Origin: Alphaproteobacteria bacterium | GTDB lineage: Bacteria; Pseudomonadota; Alphaproteobacteria; UBA828 | Assembly (NCBI GenBank): GCA_965214705.1 | Contig: OZ243972.1 | Coordinates: 1,184,001-1,248,000 of the forward strand | Length of the DNA stretch: 64,000 nt | Reading direction: 5' to 3' | Shown here: positions 30,774-40,482 of the stretch, piece after piece | How the letters are laid out: each line of letters opens with the position of its first letter | Position numbering within the stretch: position 1 is the first letter of the stretch | Position numbers and translations under genes: made by a program | The notes under the pieces: generated by a model | What the model was told of the DNA's origin: nothing | Database searches by the model: none | What the model saw: the letters and a program-made list of their open reading frames with translations, nothing else

Positions 30774-31544
30774 TTACTCCCAGCGCGGGTCGCGGCCCGC
30801 GCGGTAGGCCTCCATGGCCTCGGCGAAGTCCGGCGCGGCCACGGCGTTTCCCTGCAGCACCAGGTACTTGTGGAAGAAGGCCTCCCACCCGAGGTCGAAG
30901 CAATCCAGCAACATCTGCTTGGAGGCTCGGCAACCGGCCGAGTTGGTGCTGGCGTACTCGCCGATTAGGGCTTCGAATTCCTCCAGTGCCGTATCCTCGG
31001 CGACGAGGTGATCGACCATGCCGATGCGCTCGGCCTCGGCACCGTCGATCATGTTGCCGCGGATAATCAGCGACTTGGCCCGGCCGAGCCCGATGTAGCG
31101 CGCGAGGCGGAAGGTCCCGAGCCCAGGAATCAGCCCTTCCTTGATCGCGGGCAGGCCGAGTTGGGCCGAGGGCGTGCAGACGCGGATATCGCAGGCCAGC
31201 GCCAGTTGTAGACCGCCGCCGACGGCATAGCCGTGAATCAGGCACAGCACGAGCTTGTCCATCGTCTCGAACACCCGGAGCGCCCTGTCCCACATGTCGA
31301 AGTAGCTCGGCTCGATCTGCCCGGCGGCCAGATCCTTGAGGTCGATTCCGGTGGAGAACGCCCGGCCCGAACCGGTGATCGACACCATGCGGACATCCTC
31401 ATCAGCGGCGAGGCGGTTGGCCGCGTCGAGCAGCTCCCGGGTGCCGGTCATGGCGAAGGCGTTGAGTCGCTCGGGCCGCGTCAGCTCAATACGGACGAGC
31501 CGGCCTTCACGCGAGAGCGTCATGGTCTCGTAGTCTGCGGTCAT
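30774..31544 (-). CDS. Enoyl-CoA hydratase/isomerase (crotonase) family protein
   Basis: RAFSTGIDL, HGYAVGGGLQLALACDIR, GLIPG. Confidence 0.88.
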   Translation of the reverse strand: MTADYETMTLSREGRLVRIELTRPERLNAFAMTGTRELLDAANRLAADEDVRMVSITGSGRAFSTGIDLKDLAAGQIEPSYFDMWDRALRVFETMDKLVLCLIHGYAVGGGLQLALACDIRVCTPSAQLGLPAIKEGLIPGLGTFRLARYIGLGRAKSLIIRGNMIDGAEAERIGMVDHLVAEDTALEEFEALIGEYASTNSAGCRASKQMLLDCFDLGWEAFFHKYLVLQGNAVAAPDFAEAMEAYRAGRDPRWE

Positions 31545-31683
31545 TGTGGGGTCCCTGGACTCTGTGCCTGCCAAACAGCCCGCAGTTTATCCGATCGGCA
31601 GCGTGACGCGTGGTGGTGGGCCGCCTGTTCGTTCCTCGTTGTGAGCGCTATCGTAGCCGCCGGCAGCCGTTATAAGGCGAGCG

Positions 31684-32979
31684 ATGCGCAAGAACGCAGC
31701 GAGCCGGAGCCTGCACGAGCTCTATCGGGAGGATCCCGACAAGGCCGACCGCCTGCTGTTCGGCCGTGTCGCTCATCCCGACCGGCGCGGGTTTCTCAAG
31801 GGTGCCGGGCTTGCCGCCATGACGGCGCTGGTGGGTGGGACGATCCCCCTCCACCGCACCATGCCCACGCACTTCATTCCCGTCGCGCTCGCGAACGAGC
31901 CCGTCATTCAGGGCAAGGATGGCTTGGTCGTGCTCAACGACCGGCCGCTCAGCGCGGAGACCCCGGCGCACCTGCTCGATGACGCCATCACGCCGACCGA
32001 GAGGCACTTCATCCGCAACAACGGTATTCCTCCCGCGAGCGCGGATGCAGCCGCCTGGATGCTTACCGTTGACGGCCTGGTCGAGACCCCGCTGACGCTC
32101 GGCATCGCCGATCTGAAGCGCCGGTTCGATGTCGTCACCCGCGCGCTGACCCTGGAATGCGCCGGCAACGGCCGCGCCTTCTTCGACCCGCCGGCCACCG
32201 GCTCGCAGTGGACCTACGGCGCTGTCGGCTGTTCGGAATGGACCGGCGTCCGCCTCGCCGACGTGCTCAAGGCGGCAGGATTGAAGAGCGACGTCGTCTA
32301 CACCGCGCATGAGGGCGCGGACACGCACCCCTCCGGCGCGGCGAGCGGGCTCCCGATCTCGCGCGGCGTGCCCATCGCCAAAGCTTTGGACCCCGACTCT
32401 CTCATCGCCTTCGCCCAGAACGGGCAGCCGATCCACTCCATGAACGGGGCGCCGCTCCGTCTTGTCATTCCGGGATGGCCGGGGTCGTGCTCCCAAAAAT
32501 GGCTTACGCGCGTCTGGCTGCGCGACCGGGTCCACGACGGGGCGAAGATGACCGGCACGTCCTACCGCGTTCCGAGCCGCCCGGTGGCGCCGGGGGAGCA
32601 ACTGGACGAGACGGAGTTCGTCATCATCGAGGCGATGCCGGTCAAGTCGCTGATCACGCATCCCGCCACCGGGCACAGGGCTGCGGCGCCGGCCCTGGAG
32701 GTGCGCGGCCACGCCTGGGCGGGCGAGCGGACCATCGACGCGGTCAGGCTCTCCATCGACTTCGGCGCGACCTGGACCCCCACCACGCTCGATGAGCCGA
32801 TGAACGCGCACGCCTGGCAGAACTGGCGTGCTGCGATCGAATTACCGAGACCCGGCTACTACGAGGTCTGGGCCAGGGCGACGGATTCAGAGGGCGTAAG
32901 CCAGCCCCACGCCGTCGCCTGGAACCCGAAAGGCTATCTCAACAACGCGATGCATAGGGTGGCGGTCACGGTCGCTTAG
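31684..32979 (+). CDS. Sulfite oxidase family molybdoenzyme (SoxC/SorA/SorT-like), Tat-exported
   Basis: Tat motif RRGFLKG; HFIRNNG, LECAGNGR (Mo-ligand Cys), GAPLRLVIPGWPGSCSQKWL, WNPKGYLNN. Confidence 0.9.
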   Translation: MRKNAASRSLHELYREDPDKADRLLFGRVAHPDRRGFLKGAGLAAMTALVGGTIPLHRTMPTHFIPVALANEPVIQGKDGLVVLNDRPLSAETPAHLLDDAITPTERHFIRNNGIPPASADAAAWMLTVDGLVETPLTLGIADLKRRFDVVTRALTLECAGNGRAFFDPPATGSQWTYGAVGCSEWTGVRLADVLKAAGLKSDVVYTAHEGADTHPSGAASGLPISRGVPIAKALDPDSLIAFAQNGQPIHSMNGAPLRLVIPGWPGSCSQKWLTRVWLRDRVHDGAKMTGTSYRVPSRPVAPGEQLDETEFVIIEAMPVKSLITHPATGHRAAAPALEVRGHAWAGERTIDAVRLSIDFGATWTPTTLDEPMNAHAWQNWRAAIELPRPGYYEVWARATDSEGVSQPHAVAWNPKGYLNNAMHRVAVTVA

Positions 32980-33066
32980 GGACGGTATCGCCGCCCGTTA
33001 AATTCTTCCGGTGGCAGGCACAATTGTGTTGCTCACGTGGGCCCGCCTCCCCATGTCCGCATCGCC

Positions 33067-34317
33067 ATGACCGCGACGCTTCGACAGCTTGCCGCGCTGC
33101 TGCTCAGCACGGCGATCCTCTTCACCGGCAACGGGCTGATCAACACGCTCCTGCCCGTGCGGGCGGAGATCGAGGCCTTCTCGACGCTCGAGATCGGTCT
33201 GCTCGGCACTGTCTACTTCGCGGGCTTCATCCTGGGCTGCCTCAACGTGCCCTTCGTGGTGCGCCGCGTCGGCCACATCAGAACCTTCGCGACGCTCTCC
33301 AGCATCATCGCCGCCACGGCGCTCGCCCATGTCTTCCTGATCGACCCCATCGCCTGGGGGGTGCTGCGTCTCTTCGTCGGCTTCGCCTTCGCCGGCCTCT
33401 ACGTGGTGATCGAGAGCTGGCTGAACGACCGCGCCACCACCGCCAACCGCGGCGCGGTCATGTCGGCCTACACCTTCATCAGCCTCTGCGTGTTGATGGC
33501 AGGGCAGTTCCTGCTGACGACCTACGACCCCGCGGGCTTCGAGCTGTTCGCACTCATCGCCATCCTGATCGCAATCGCGCTGGTTCCGGTTTCGCTGACC
33601 AGGGCGCCGGAGCCGCCGCGGCCCGCGACCATCGGTCTCGACATCGTGGGGCTCTGGCGCCTCTCGCCAGTTGGCTTCATCGGCTGCCTGAGCGTCGGCC
33701 TCGTGAACGGCTCGTTCTGGACGCTCGGGCCGGTCTTCGCGAGCCGCAGCGGCCTCGACATCGACAACTTGGTCTACTTCATCGCAGGTGCCACGCTCGC
33801 CGGCGCCGTCGCGCAATGGCCGCTCGGCCTGGTCTCCGACCGCATCGACCGGCGCTTCGTGATCGTCGGGGCGACGCTCTGCGCGGCAGCCAGTGGCGTT
33901 CTGCTCAGCACCTGGGTGGAGCCATCGACGACCCTGCTCATCGGGCTCTCCGCCGCATTCGGCGGCTTCGCCATGCCGCTCTACGCAGTCTCGGTGGCGC
34001 ACGCGAACGACCACGCCGAGGACACGCGCTTCGTGGCGACCGCCGGCGGGCTCCTGCTGGTCTACGGGCTCGGTGCCTCGCTCGGCCCGCTGATCGCATC
34101 GGCCCTGATGGGGTACTACGGCAGCGGCGGCCTGTTCATGTTCACGACCTCGGTCCACGCCGCGCTGGCGCTGTTCACCATCGTCCGCCTCGTGCAACGC
34201 CCGCGACCGAAGCAGGACGATCGTGCCGGGTTCGTGGCGGTACCGCGCACTTCGCCCACCCTCTACGAGCTGGACCCGCGCTCCGAGACGGAATCGGACG
34301 GCGACAAGTCGCCCTAA
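33067..34317 (+). CDS. MFS transporter (YcaD-like)
   Basis: About 12 TM segments; RRVGHIRTF, VIESWLN, QWPLGLVSDRIDRR. Confidence 0.88.
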   Translation: MTATLRQLAALLLSTAILFTGNGLINTLLPVRAEIEAFSTLEIGLLGTVYFAGFILGCLNVPFVVRRVGHIRTFATLSSIIAATALAHVFLIDPIAWGVLRLFVGFAFAGLYVVIESWLNDRATTANRGAVMSAYTFISLCVLMAGQFLLTTYDPAGFELFALIAILIAIALVPVSLTRAPEPPRPATIGLDIVGLWRLSPVGFIGCLSVGLVNGSFWTLGPVFASRSGLDIDNLVYFIAGATLAGAVAQWPLGLVSDRIDRRFVIVGATLCAAASGVLLSTWVEPSTTLLIGLSAAFGGFAMPLYAVSVAHANDHAEDTRFVATAGGLLLVYGLGASLGPLIASALMGYYGSGGLFMFTTSVHAALALFTIVRLVQRPRPKQDDRAGFVAVPRTSPTLYELDPRSETESDGDKSP

Positions 34318-34394
34318 TACGGGCATTCTTGCGCCCGATTCAGGCGGACGTCCCAGCGCGTCCCGGCCGATCTCGCAAATCGTGAGGAGGCCTC

Positions 34395-35282
34395 TTGACC
34401 ACGATCCTGGGTTCCGGGCCCGATCGCGGCCGCGTCACGGGCCGCCTCTGGGTGCTCTCGGCCGGGCTCTGCATGAGCCTGGGCGGGCCGATCATCCGGC
34501 TCGCCGACGAGAGCACGCCGTGGCAGTTCCTGTTCTACCGCTCCCTCGGGGCGGCGCTGGCGATCCTCGTCTATCTAATTGTCACCGGCCGTCCGGTGCT
34601 TCCGACCATCCGCCGCGCAGGCGTGACCGGCGCGGTGGCGGGCCTGGGTCTCGCGGTCGCCTTCACCGGCTACGTGTGGGGCGTGATGCACTCCACTGTG
34701 GCGAATGCGCTTCTCCTGATCAGCGCGTCGCCGCTATTCGCGGCGTTCATCGGCTGGATGGTGCTGCGCGAGCGCGTCGCGCGCTCGATGTGGTTCGCCA
34801 TGGCCGGTGTGATCGCCGGTGTCGTCATCATGATCGGAGAGGGTCTGGCCGAGGCCGACATCCTCGGCGATCTGGCGTCGCTCGCCTCGGCGGTCGGGTT
34901 CGCCGGCTTCTCAGTCGCCATCCGGCGCGGCCGGCACACCGACATGAGCCCGTCGATCCTGATCGCCGCCGCCATCACCATCGTGTTCAGCGGGATCATG
35001 GCGGCAGCCAGCGGCACCGGCCTCGCACCGCCGCTCGTGGATGTGGGCCTCGCCACCATGTACGGCGTGCTGGTCATCGGGGCCGGAATCTTCATGCTGA
35101 CCATCGGCGCTCGAAACGTCCCCGCCGCCGAGCTGCTCGTCCTCTCGTTGACCGAGGTGGTGTTCGCGTCGCTCTGGGTGGCGCTCGCGTTCGGCGAGGT
35201 GCCGAGCATCCTCACCCTCGTCGGCGGGCTGATCATCCTTGGCAGCATTGGCGGCCAGGCCTTCGCCGGGATGCGCAGATAG
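34395..35282 (+). CDS. DMT/EamA family transporter
   Basis: About 10 TM segments with two EamA repeats (LFYRS, LRERV, FGEVP). Confidence 0.85.
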   Translation: MTTILGSGPDRGRVTGRLWVLSAGLCMSLGGPIIRLADESTPWQFLFYRSLGAALAILVYLIVTGRPVLPTIRRAGVTGAVAGLGLAVAFTGYVWGVMHSTVANALLLISASPLFAAFIGWMVLRERVARSMWFAMAGVIAGVVIMIGEGLAEADILGDLASLASAVGFAGFSVAIRRGRHTDMSPSILIAAAITIVFSGIMAAASGTGLAPPLVDVGLATMYGVLVIGAGIFMLTIGARNVPAAELLVLSLTEVVFASLWVALAFGEVPSILTLVGGLIILGSIGGQAFAGMRR

Positions 35283-35292
35283 CTTTGCCCGC

Positions 35293-36582
35293 TCACTCCA
35301 CCTTGGAGGGGCCCTGACGCACCAGCTTGGTGCCGAAGCCGCGGCCCCTGACGATGGCGTCCTCTCCGAACTTTTCGCGCACCGCATCCAGAGCCTTGTC
35401 GATCTTCTCCTCCCCAGGTGCGGCACCGCTGAAGAGGTCGCCTTGGACGACTTCGGCCGCCGGGGCGAAGTCATGAGCGGCGATGCCGATCAGGCGGAAC
35501 GCACGGCCATCGGCCTCGCGCGTGAGCAGCGGCTCGGCCGCGCGGAACATCTCGTCCGCCGATTGGGTGGCGGCGCCGAGGCGGCGGGCGCGGGTGAGGA
35601 TGCGGAAGTCGGCGGTCTTGAGCTTCAACGTGACGCCGCCGCCGGCGAGGCCGGCCTTCTTCAGGCGCCGCGCCACCGTCTCGGTCAGCCGCCACAGGAT
35701 CGGGCGCAGCGTCGCCGGGTCGGACAGGTCTTCGTCGAGGGTGATCTCCGAGGAAATGCTCTTGGTCTCGCGCTCGGGATTGACCGGGCGGTCGTCCTCG
35801 CCACGCGCGCACATGTGGAGCCGCTTGCCGATCTTGCCGTAGCGCGCGGTGAGCGTCGCCTCGTCGAGCCGGGCGAGTTCGCCGATCAGATTAATGCCGT
35901 CTTGCGCGAGGCGCTTCTGCATGGCTGCCCCCACGCCCCACAACAGCCCCACCGGCTTGTCGGCGAGGAAGGCGCGGGCCTCGGCCCGTCCGATCACGGC
36001 GAAGCCGCGCGGCTTGTCGAGATCGGAGGCGATCTTGGCCAGGAACTTGTTGTAGCTGAGGCCGATGGAGACGGTGATGGAGAGCGCCTCCTCCACCCGG
36101 CGCGCGAGGGCCGCGAGCGTCTCGGCCGCGCTCGCGCGGTGCAGGGCCTCGGTGCCGGAGAGGTCCATGAACGCCTCGTCGATGGAGAGCGGCTCCACCA
36201 GCGGCGTGCATTTCAGCATCATCGCGCGGACCTCGCGACCGACGCCCGCGTACTTCTTCATGTCGGGCTTGATGATTTCGGCCTCGGGGCAGGCCTTGAG
36301 CGCCTTGAACATGGGCATGGCCGAGCGCACGCCGTAGGTGCGGGCGATGTAGCAGCAGGCGGCGACCACGCCCCGGTGGCGGCCGCCCACGATCACCGGG
36401 CGGTCGCGAAGCTCCGGGCGGTCGCGCTTCTCGATCGCGGCGTAGAACGCGTCGCAGTCGAGATGGGCGATGGTGAGGTCGTGAAGCTCGGCGTGGCTCA
36501 GCAAGCGCGCCGACCCGCAGGCCGGGCAGGTGCCGGCTGAGCCGAGCGGCCGGTGGCCGCAATCGCGGCACAATGTCTCCAC
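35293..36582 (-). CDS. dinB: DNA polymerase IV
   Basis: N-terminal CRDC/CPAC ribbon, HLDCDAFYAAIE, PLSIDEAFMDL, KIASDLDKPRG; start set at GTG 36582. Confidence 0.93.
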   Translation of the reverse strand: METLCRDCGHRPLGSAGTCPACGSARLLSHAELHDLTIAHLDCDAFYAAIEKRDRPELRDRPVIVGGRHRGVVAACCYIARTYGVRSAMPMFKALKACPEAEIIKPDMKKYAGVGREVRAMMLKCTPLVEPLSIDEAFMDLSGTEALHRASAAETLAALARRVEEALSITVSIGLSYNKFLAKIASDLDKPRGFAVIGRAEARAFLADKPVGLLWGVGAAMQKRLAQDGINLIGELARLDEATLTARYGKIGKRLHMCARGEDDRPVNPERETKSISSEITLDEDLSDPATLRPILWRLTETVARRLKKAGLAGGGVTLKLKTADFRILTRARRLGAATQSADEMFRAAEPLLTREADGRAFRLIGIAAHDFAPAAEVVQGDLFSGAAPGEEKIDKALDAVREKFGEDAIVRGRGFGTKLVRQGPSKVE

Positions 36583-36646
36583 GGGGCGATCATAGGACTC
36601 GATCCGTGCCGTGCGAAGGCATAGGGGACGCGCGTCCAGATAGCCG

Positions 36647-37831
36647 TTACTCGAAGCCGCAGGCCGCCGCCGTCGTCCCGATCGAGGCCCACTGGCCAGT
36701 GCGCTCGCCGAAGCAGCCGTCGCGCCAGGCCCCCTCGAAGATGGTGCCGTCGGCTTGCGTGTATGTGCCTTGGCCGTGCGGCCTACCCTCGTGCCATCCA
36801 CCCACGTAGCGCGCGCCGTTGGCCTGGGTAAGTGTCCCATGCCCGTGCTGCTTGCCGCCCCGAAGCTCGCCCTCGTAGCGGAAGCCGTTGGCCCAGTCCA
36901 GGACCCCGCGTCCGTGCATCTTGCCGTTCCGCATGGCGCCGTCGTACACGCCCTCGCCACCGCGAAAGACCAGGCGGCCACTGCCGGAGGCCTTGCCATC
37001 GGTGCACGCGCCCGACCAGGTGAGCGGCTCGTAGTCCGTGTTGCCGTAGTTCCATACCTCGCAGAGCTGGTTCTCCGCTATCGACCAGCTCGCGCCCGAG
37101 GGCTGGGGAGAGGCTGGTGTATCGGGGGCCGGCGTGGACGGCGTGCTTGGCGTCGCGCGCGGCCGTTCCGCCACCAGTCTCAGCAGCGGTCCGTAGATGT
37201 ACGCCTCATCGCCGCTGCGCGGATATTCCACCCGCAACCAGTCTCGCCCCCGAACCTCGCCGGTCACGTGCAGCTCGTCGCCGGACATCACCGTCCCCAC
37301 GATGTCGTAGTCGGGGCTGGGGCCGGTCCTGATATTGGCCGCTTCTCTCGCCGACATCAGGCGATCAACCGGCTTTACCCTGTGGCGTCCCCCCAGCGTG
37401 GTTTCCAGGACGGGCTCTTCGTCCTGTTCGCTTGCTGCGTCATCGACCCGGAGAGGGTCCTCGGCCCCGCACTTGGAGCGCTCGAACGAGAAGTGCCCGA
37501 CGCATGCCCGCGCCTGGTCGCGGAACTTGGGCAGACAGTCGGCAAACTCCTGGTTTTCGACCTCGGTCGCGAACCGGGTGTTCTCCCAGCAAAGCGCAAT
37601 CTTGCGGTCGATGGTACCGAGGCACTGCGCGCGTTGCGCGGGGAGGTCCGTGTACGTGTCGCCTTCGATATCGCCGTGCAGGGGCTTGACGATGCGCCCG
37701 TCGGCCGTCTCGCAATCGAAGGAGAAGCTCCGGATTTCCGCTTCCGCCGCTTCGGCTCCAGACCAGAACATCAGCGCGGCGAGCCACGCTGCTACCGCTG
37801 CAAAGATGCTTATGCCCATGCGGTGCTGCAT
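36647..37831 (-). CDS. Secreted protein with Cys-rich N-terminal domain, bacterial SH3 domain and MORN repeats
   Basis: Signal peptide; ANIRTGPSPDYDIVG...WLRV (SH3b); YDGAMRNGKMHGRG, YEGELRGGKQHGHG, YVGGWHEGRPHGQG (MORN). Confidence 0.8.
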   Translation of the reverse strand: MQHRMGISIFAAVAAWLAALMFWSGAEAAEAEIRSFSFDCETADGRIVKPLHGDIEGDTYTDLPAQRAQCLGTIDRKIALCWENTRFATEVENQEFADCLPKFRDQARACVGHFSFERSKCGAEDPLRVDDAASEQDEEPVLETTLGGRHRVKPVDRLMSAREAANIRTGPSPDYDIVGTVMSGDELHVTGEVRGRDWLRVEYPRSGDEAYIYGPLLRLVAERPRATPSTPSTPAPDTPASPQPSGASWSIAENQLCEVWNYGNTDYEPLTWSGACTDGKASGSGRLVFRGGEGVYDGAMRNGKMHGRGVLDWANGFRYEGELRGGKQHGHGTLTQANGARYVGGWHEGRPHGQGTYTQADGTIFEGAWRDGCFGERTGQWASIGTTAAACGFE

Positions 37832-37970
37832 GTCCTGCACCAGCCTCTGAGCCCGATCCGGTGGCCGCTTGGCCAAGGTATGCGCCACTGTGGCCTGAGT
37901 ATAGTACAGGTGGCGGCGGCTCTGAATCCCAACGGGCATAGCCTCCGGGCCCGGAGAAGGAAGGCCGCCG

Positions 37971-38390
37971 ATGGAAGCCGACGAGATCATCGCCCGCTAC
38001 GAACTGACGCCCCACCCGGAGGGTGGCCACTACCGCGAGATTTTTCGGGCGCACGCCGAAGACGGTGGCCGCGGCGCGGTGACCTCCATCTATTACCTAT
38101 TGCGGGCCGGGGAGGTCTCGGCCTGGCACCGGGTCGATGCGGTGGAGATCTGGCACTACCACGCCGGCGATGCGCTCAGACTCGAGATTTCGCTCGATAG
38201 CGTGACGACCACGAGCCATCGGCTTGGCGTGGGCGAGGGGGCCTGGCCGCAGGTCGTGGCACCCGTCAGCGCCTGGCAGAGCGCGCGTTCGGAAGGCGTC
38301 TGGACCCTGGTCGGCTGCACGGTCGCGCCGGCCTTTGAGTTCGACGGCTTCGAGCTCGCTCCGCCCGGCTGGCAGCCGGCTGGCTCGTAG
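37971..38390 (+). CDS. Cupin domain protein (DUF985/Cupin_5)
   Basis: LTPHPEGGHYRE, TSIYYLL, EIWHYHAG, GCTVAPAFEF. Confidence 0.9.
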   Translation: MEADEIIARYELTPHPEGGHYREIFRAHAEDGGRGAVTSIYYLLRAGEVSAWHRVDAVEIWHYHAGDALRLEISLDSVTTTSHRLGVGEGAWPQVVAPVSAWQSARSEGVWTLVGCTVAPAFEFDGFELAPPGWQPAGS

Positions 38391-38411
38391 CACTCGTGTG
38401 GGGAGGCCGGG

Positions 38412-39815
38412 TTAACCCCGCTCTGCTGCGAAGGCCGCCAGCCGATCCACGACAAAGCGGAGCGATTCTTCCGTCGTCCTGCGGCTGATGATGCCGAGGC
38501 GGACGGCCTCGGGCTCGTCGGGTCTCAACGCCTCGGCCCAGGCCAGCACGCCTTCGTCCCGCAGATGCTGGACCGCGTCGGCCGCGCTGAAGGCGCCGGC
38601 CCGCATCGCCGGGTGAACCGTACAGACGACCGGCAGCGGCGTCCGGTTGACGATCTCCCAGCCCGCCTCGCGCAACTGGTGCCGCAGTGTGTCGCCGAGC
38701 GCCGCTTCCCCCTCGATCCGCTGCGCCAGCGCTGCCGGCTGGAGAACAGACGTGAGCACCCGGAGCCCGCTGTTGGCGCGCGAGCCCTGGAGCGACATGG
38801 AGGAGAACTCATGCCGCTCCACCGGCCGGTCATAGATGTTGAACGCGCGCTCCACCGCCTCACGGTGGCGGCAAACGAACATGCCGCAACCGCCCGCACC
38901 GAGCGGCACCAGCGTCTTGTGCGGGTCGAAGATGAGCGAATCCGCGGCATCGAGCCCGGCGAGGCAGTCCTCGCGCAGTCGAGGTGAGAAAGCCGCGATG
39001 GCGCCCCACGGCGCGTCGAGGTGGAACCATGCCCCGTGCTCGCGGCACACCGCGCCGATCTCGGCGAGCGGATCGACGATCCCGGACGGCGTCGCGCCGA
39101 CCGAACCGACGGCCATGAACGGCAGGAACGCCCCCGATGCGGCGTCCGCCGCCATCGCGTCTGCGAGCGCGCCCACGTCCATGCGGAGGTCGCCGTCCAC
39201 GGGCACCGTGCGAATCGAGGCGGTACCGATCAGATTGCGCGCGTTCTTCTCGATGGAGAAGTGGGTCTGGGGCGAGACGTAGAGCGCCGGCCGCACCTTG
39301 AGCGGCAGCGCGCCGTGGCGCCAATACTCGTAAGCCTCCTCGCGCCCGGCCGCGTCGGTACAGAGCGCTTGGTCGTAGGCGGTGCAGCGCGGGTTGCGGT
39401 GGGAAAGCCGGTCGGTAAGCGCGACGATCATGGCGGTCTGGTTCGCCTCGGTGCCGCACGCGGTGAAGTGACCGGCCCCGCTCTCGGGATGGATGCCGAA
39501 GGTCTCCATGATCAGGTCGACGGCGTACTGCTCGATGGCGGCGGAGGCCGGATGCTGGCCCCTGACCACGATGTTCGCGCCGCGCCGATTGGTCTCGTCC
39601 ATGGCGGCGATCGAGGCCGCATCGGCGTCGATGCAGAAGTAGCCCATGTTCAGCGGGCTGCTCACATCGGTGTCGTAGAGGTCGGCGAGCCGGCGGAAGA
39701 CCTGCATGAGCCGGTCTACCGGTATATCACCGGCGCCGGGGTCGAGGTTCTCGCGCACGAGCGCATAGACCGTCTCGAAGGCCGGGGCGTCGCGGGTGGC
39801 GGGCGCCTGGATCAT
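38412..39815 (-). CDS. Group II PLP-dependent decarboxylase
   Basis: GTEANQTAM, GATPSGIVDPL, WFHLDAPWG, DPHK (PLP lysine); start set at MIQAP 39815. Confidence 0.85.
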   Translation of the reverse strand: MIQAPATRDAPAFETVYALVRENLDPGAGDIPVDRLMQVFRRLADLYDTDVSSPLNMGYFCIDADAASIAAMDETNRRGANIVVRGQHPASAAIEQYAVDLIMETFGIHPESGAGHFTACGTEANQTAMIVALTDRLSHRNPRCTAYDQALCTDAAGREEAYEYWRHGALPLKVRPALYVSPQTHFSIEKNARNLIGTASIRTVPVDGDLRMDVGALADAMAADAASGAFLPFMAVGSVGATPSGIVDPLAEIGAVCREHGAWFHLDAPWGAIAAFSPRLREDCLAGLDAADSLIFDPHKTLVPLGAGGCGMFVCRHREAVERAFNIYDRPVERHEFSSMSLQGSRANSGLRVLTSVLQPAALAQRIEGEAALGDTLRHQLREAGWEIVNRTPLPVVCTVHPAMRAGAFSAADAVQHLRDEGVLAWAEALRPDEPEAVRLGIISRRTTEESLRFVVDRLAAFAAERG

Positions 39816-39971
39816 GGCATGAACTCCATTGCGGCAGGCCGCTGTGGGATACGAAACGGCCCTCCTCATGTAGCAATCAAGAGTAGTGCCGAAGATTCGC
39901 GTTTGACATTACAAGCATATCTTCAATATACTCACGATCACTATCGTGTCACCAATGGTAAAGAATTTGAA

Positions 39972-40463
39972 ATGAGCGATCAGACAGAAAATCCCGGCTC
40001 GGACCATGACCTGTTACGCATGACTGCAGACGTGGTCACCGCATATGTCGGTAATAATACCGTGGCGCCGTCCGAGCTTGCGGAGGTCATTCGCACGGTC
40101 CATGCCTCGCTGCGAGAGGCCCAGGCCGGCGCGACAGCCGTTGCGGCACCGCCGAAGCCTGCCGTCCCGATCAAGAAATCGATCACGCCCGACTACCTGA
40201 TCTGCCTCGAAGACGGCCGCGAGTTGAAGATGCTGAAGCGGCATCTGCGCACGACCTACAACATGACCCCCGACGAGTACCGGGCGAAGTGGGGCCTCGA
40301 TGCCGACTATCCGATGGTCGCGCCCAACTACGCGCGGCGGCGCTCGGAGTTTGCCAAGCAGATCGGCCTCGGCCAGAAGCGACGGAAGGCCGAGACTTCC
40401 GAGAGCGACATGGCCTCGGTCGAAGGCGGCGCGTCATCCACGGCAGGCGGCGGCACCTATTAG
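39972..40463 (+). CDS. mucR: MucR/Ros family transcriptional regulator
   Basis: PAVPIKKSITPDYLICLEDGRELKMLKRHL...YPMVAPNY; AT-rich upstream region. Confidence 0.93.
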   Translation: MSDQTENPGSDHDLLRMTADVVTAYVGNNTVAPSELAEVIRTVHASLREAQAGATAVAAPPKPAVPIKKSITPDYLICLEDGRELKMLKRHLRTTYNMTPDEYRAKWGLDADYPMVAPNYARRRSEFAKQIGLGQKRRKAETSESDMASVEGGASSTAGGGTY

Positions 40464-40482
40464 GGGCCCGTCGAGCCTCGCT

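Noticed and set aside
36790-36960. Periodic sequence suggesting a DNA repeat array or CRISPR
   Set aside because: Explained by protein-level MORN repeats; there are no identical direct repeats with unique spacers and no cas genes.
35293-36999. Long N-terminal extension of DinB in the ORF track (similar extensions for glcF, rpoA, mucR, otnC)
   Set aside because: The extensions overlap neighbouring real genes and are low-complexity; the conserved N-termini begin at the downstream starts used here.
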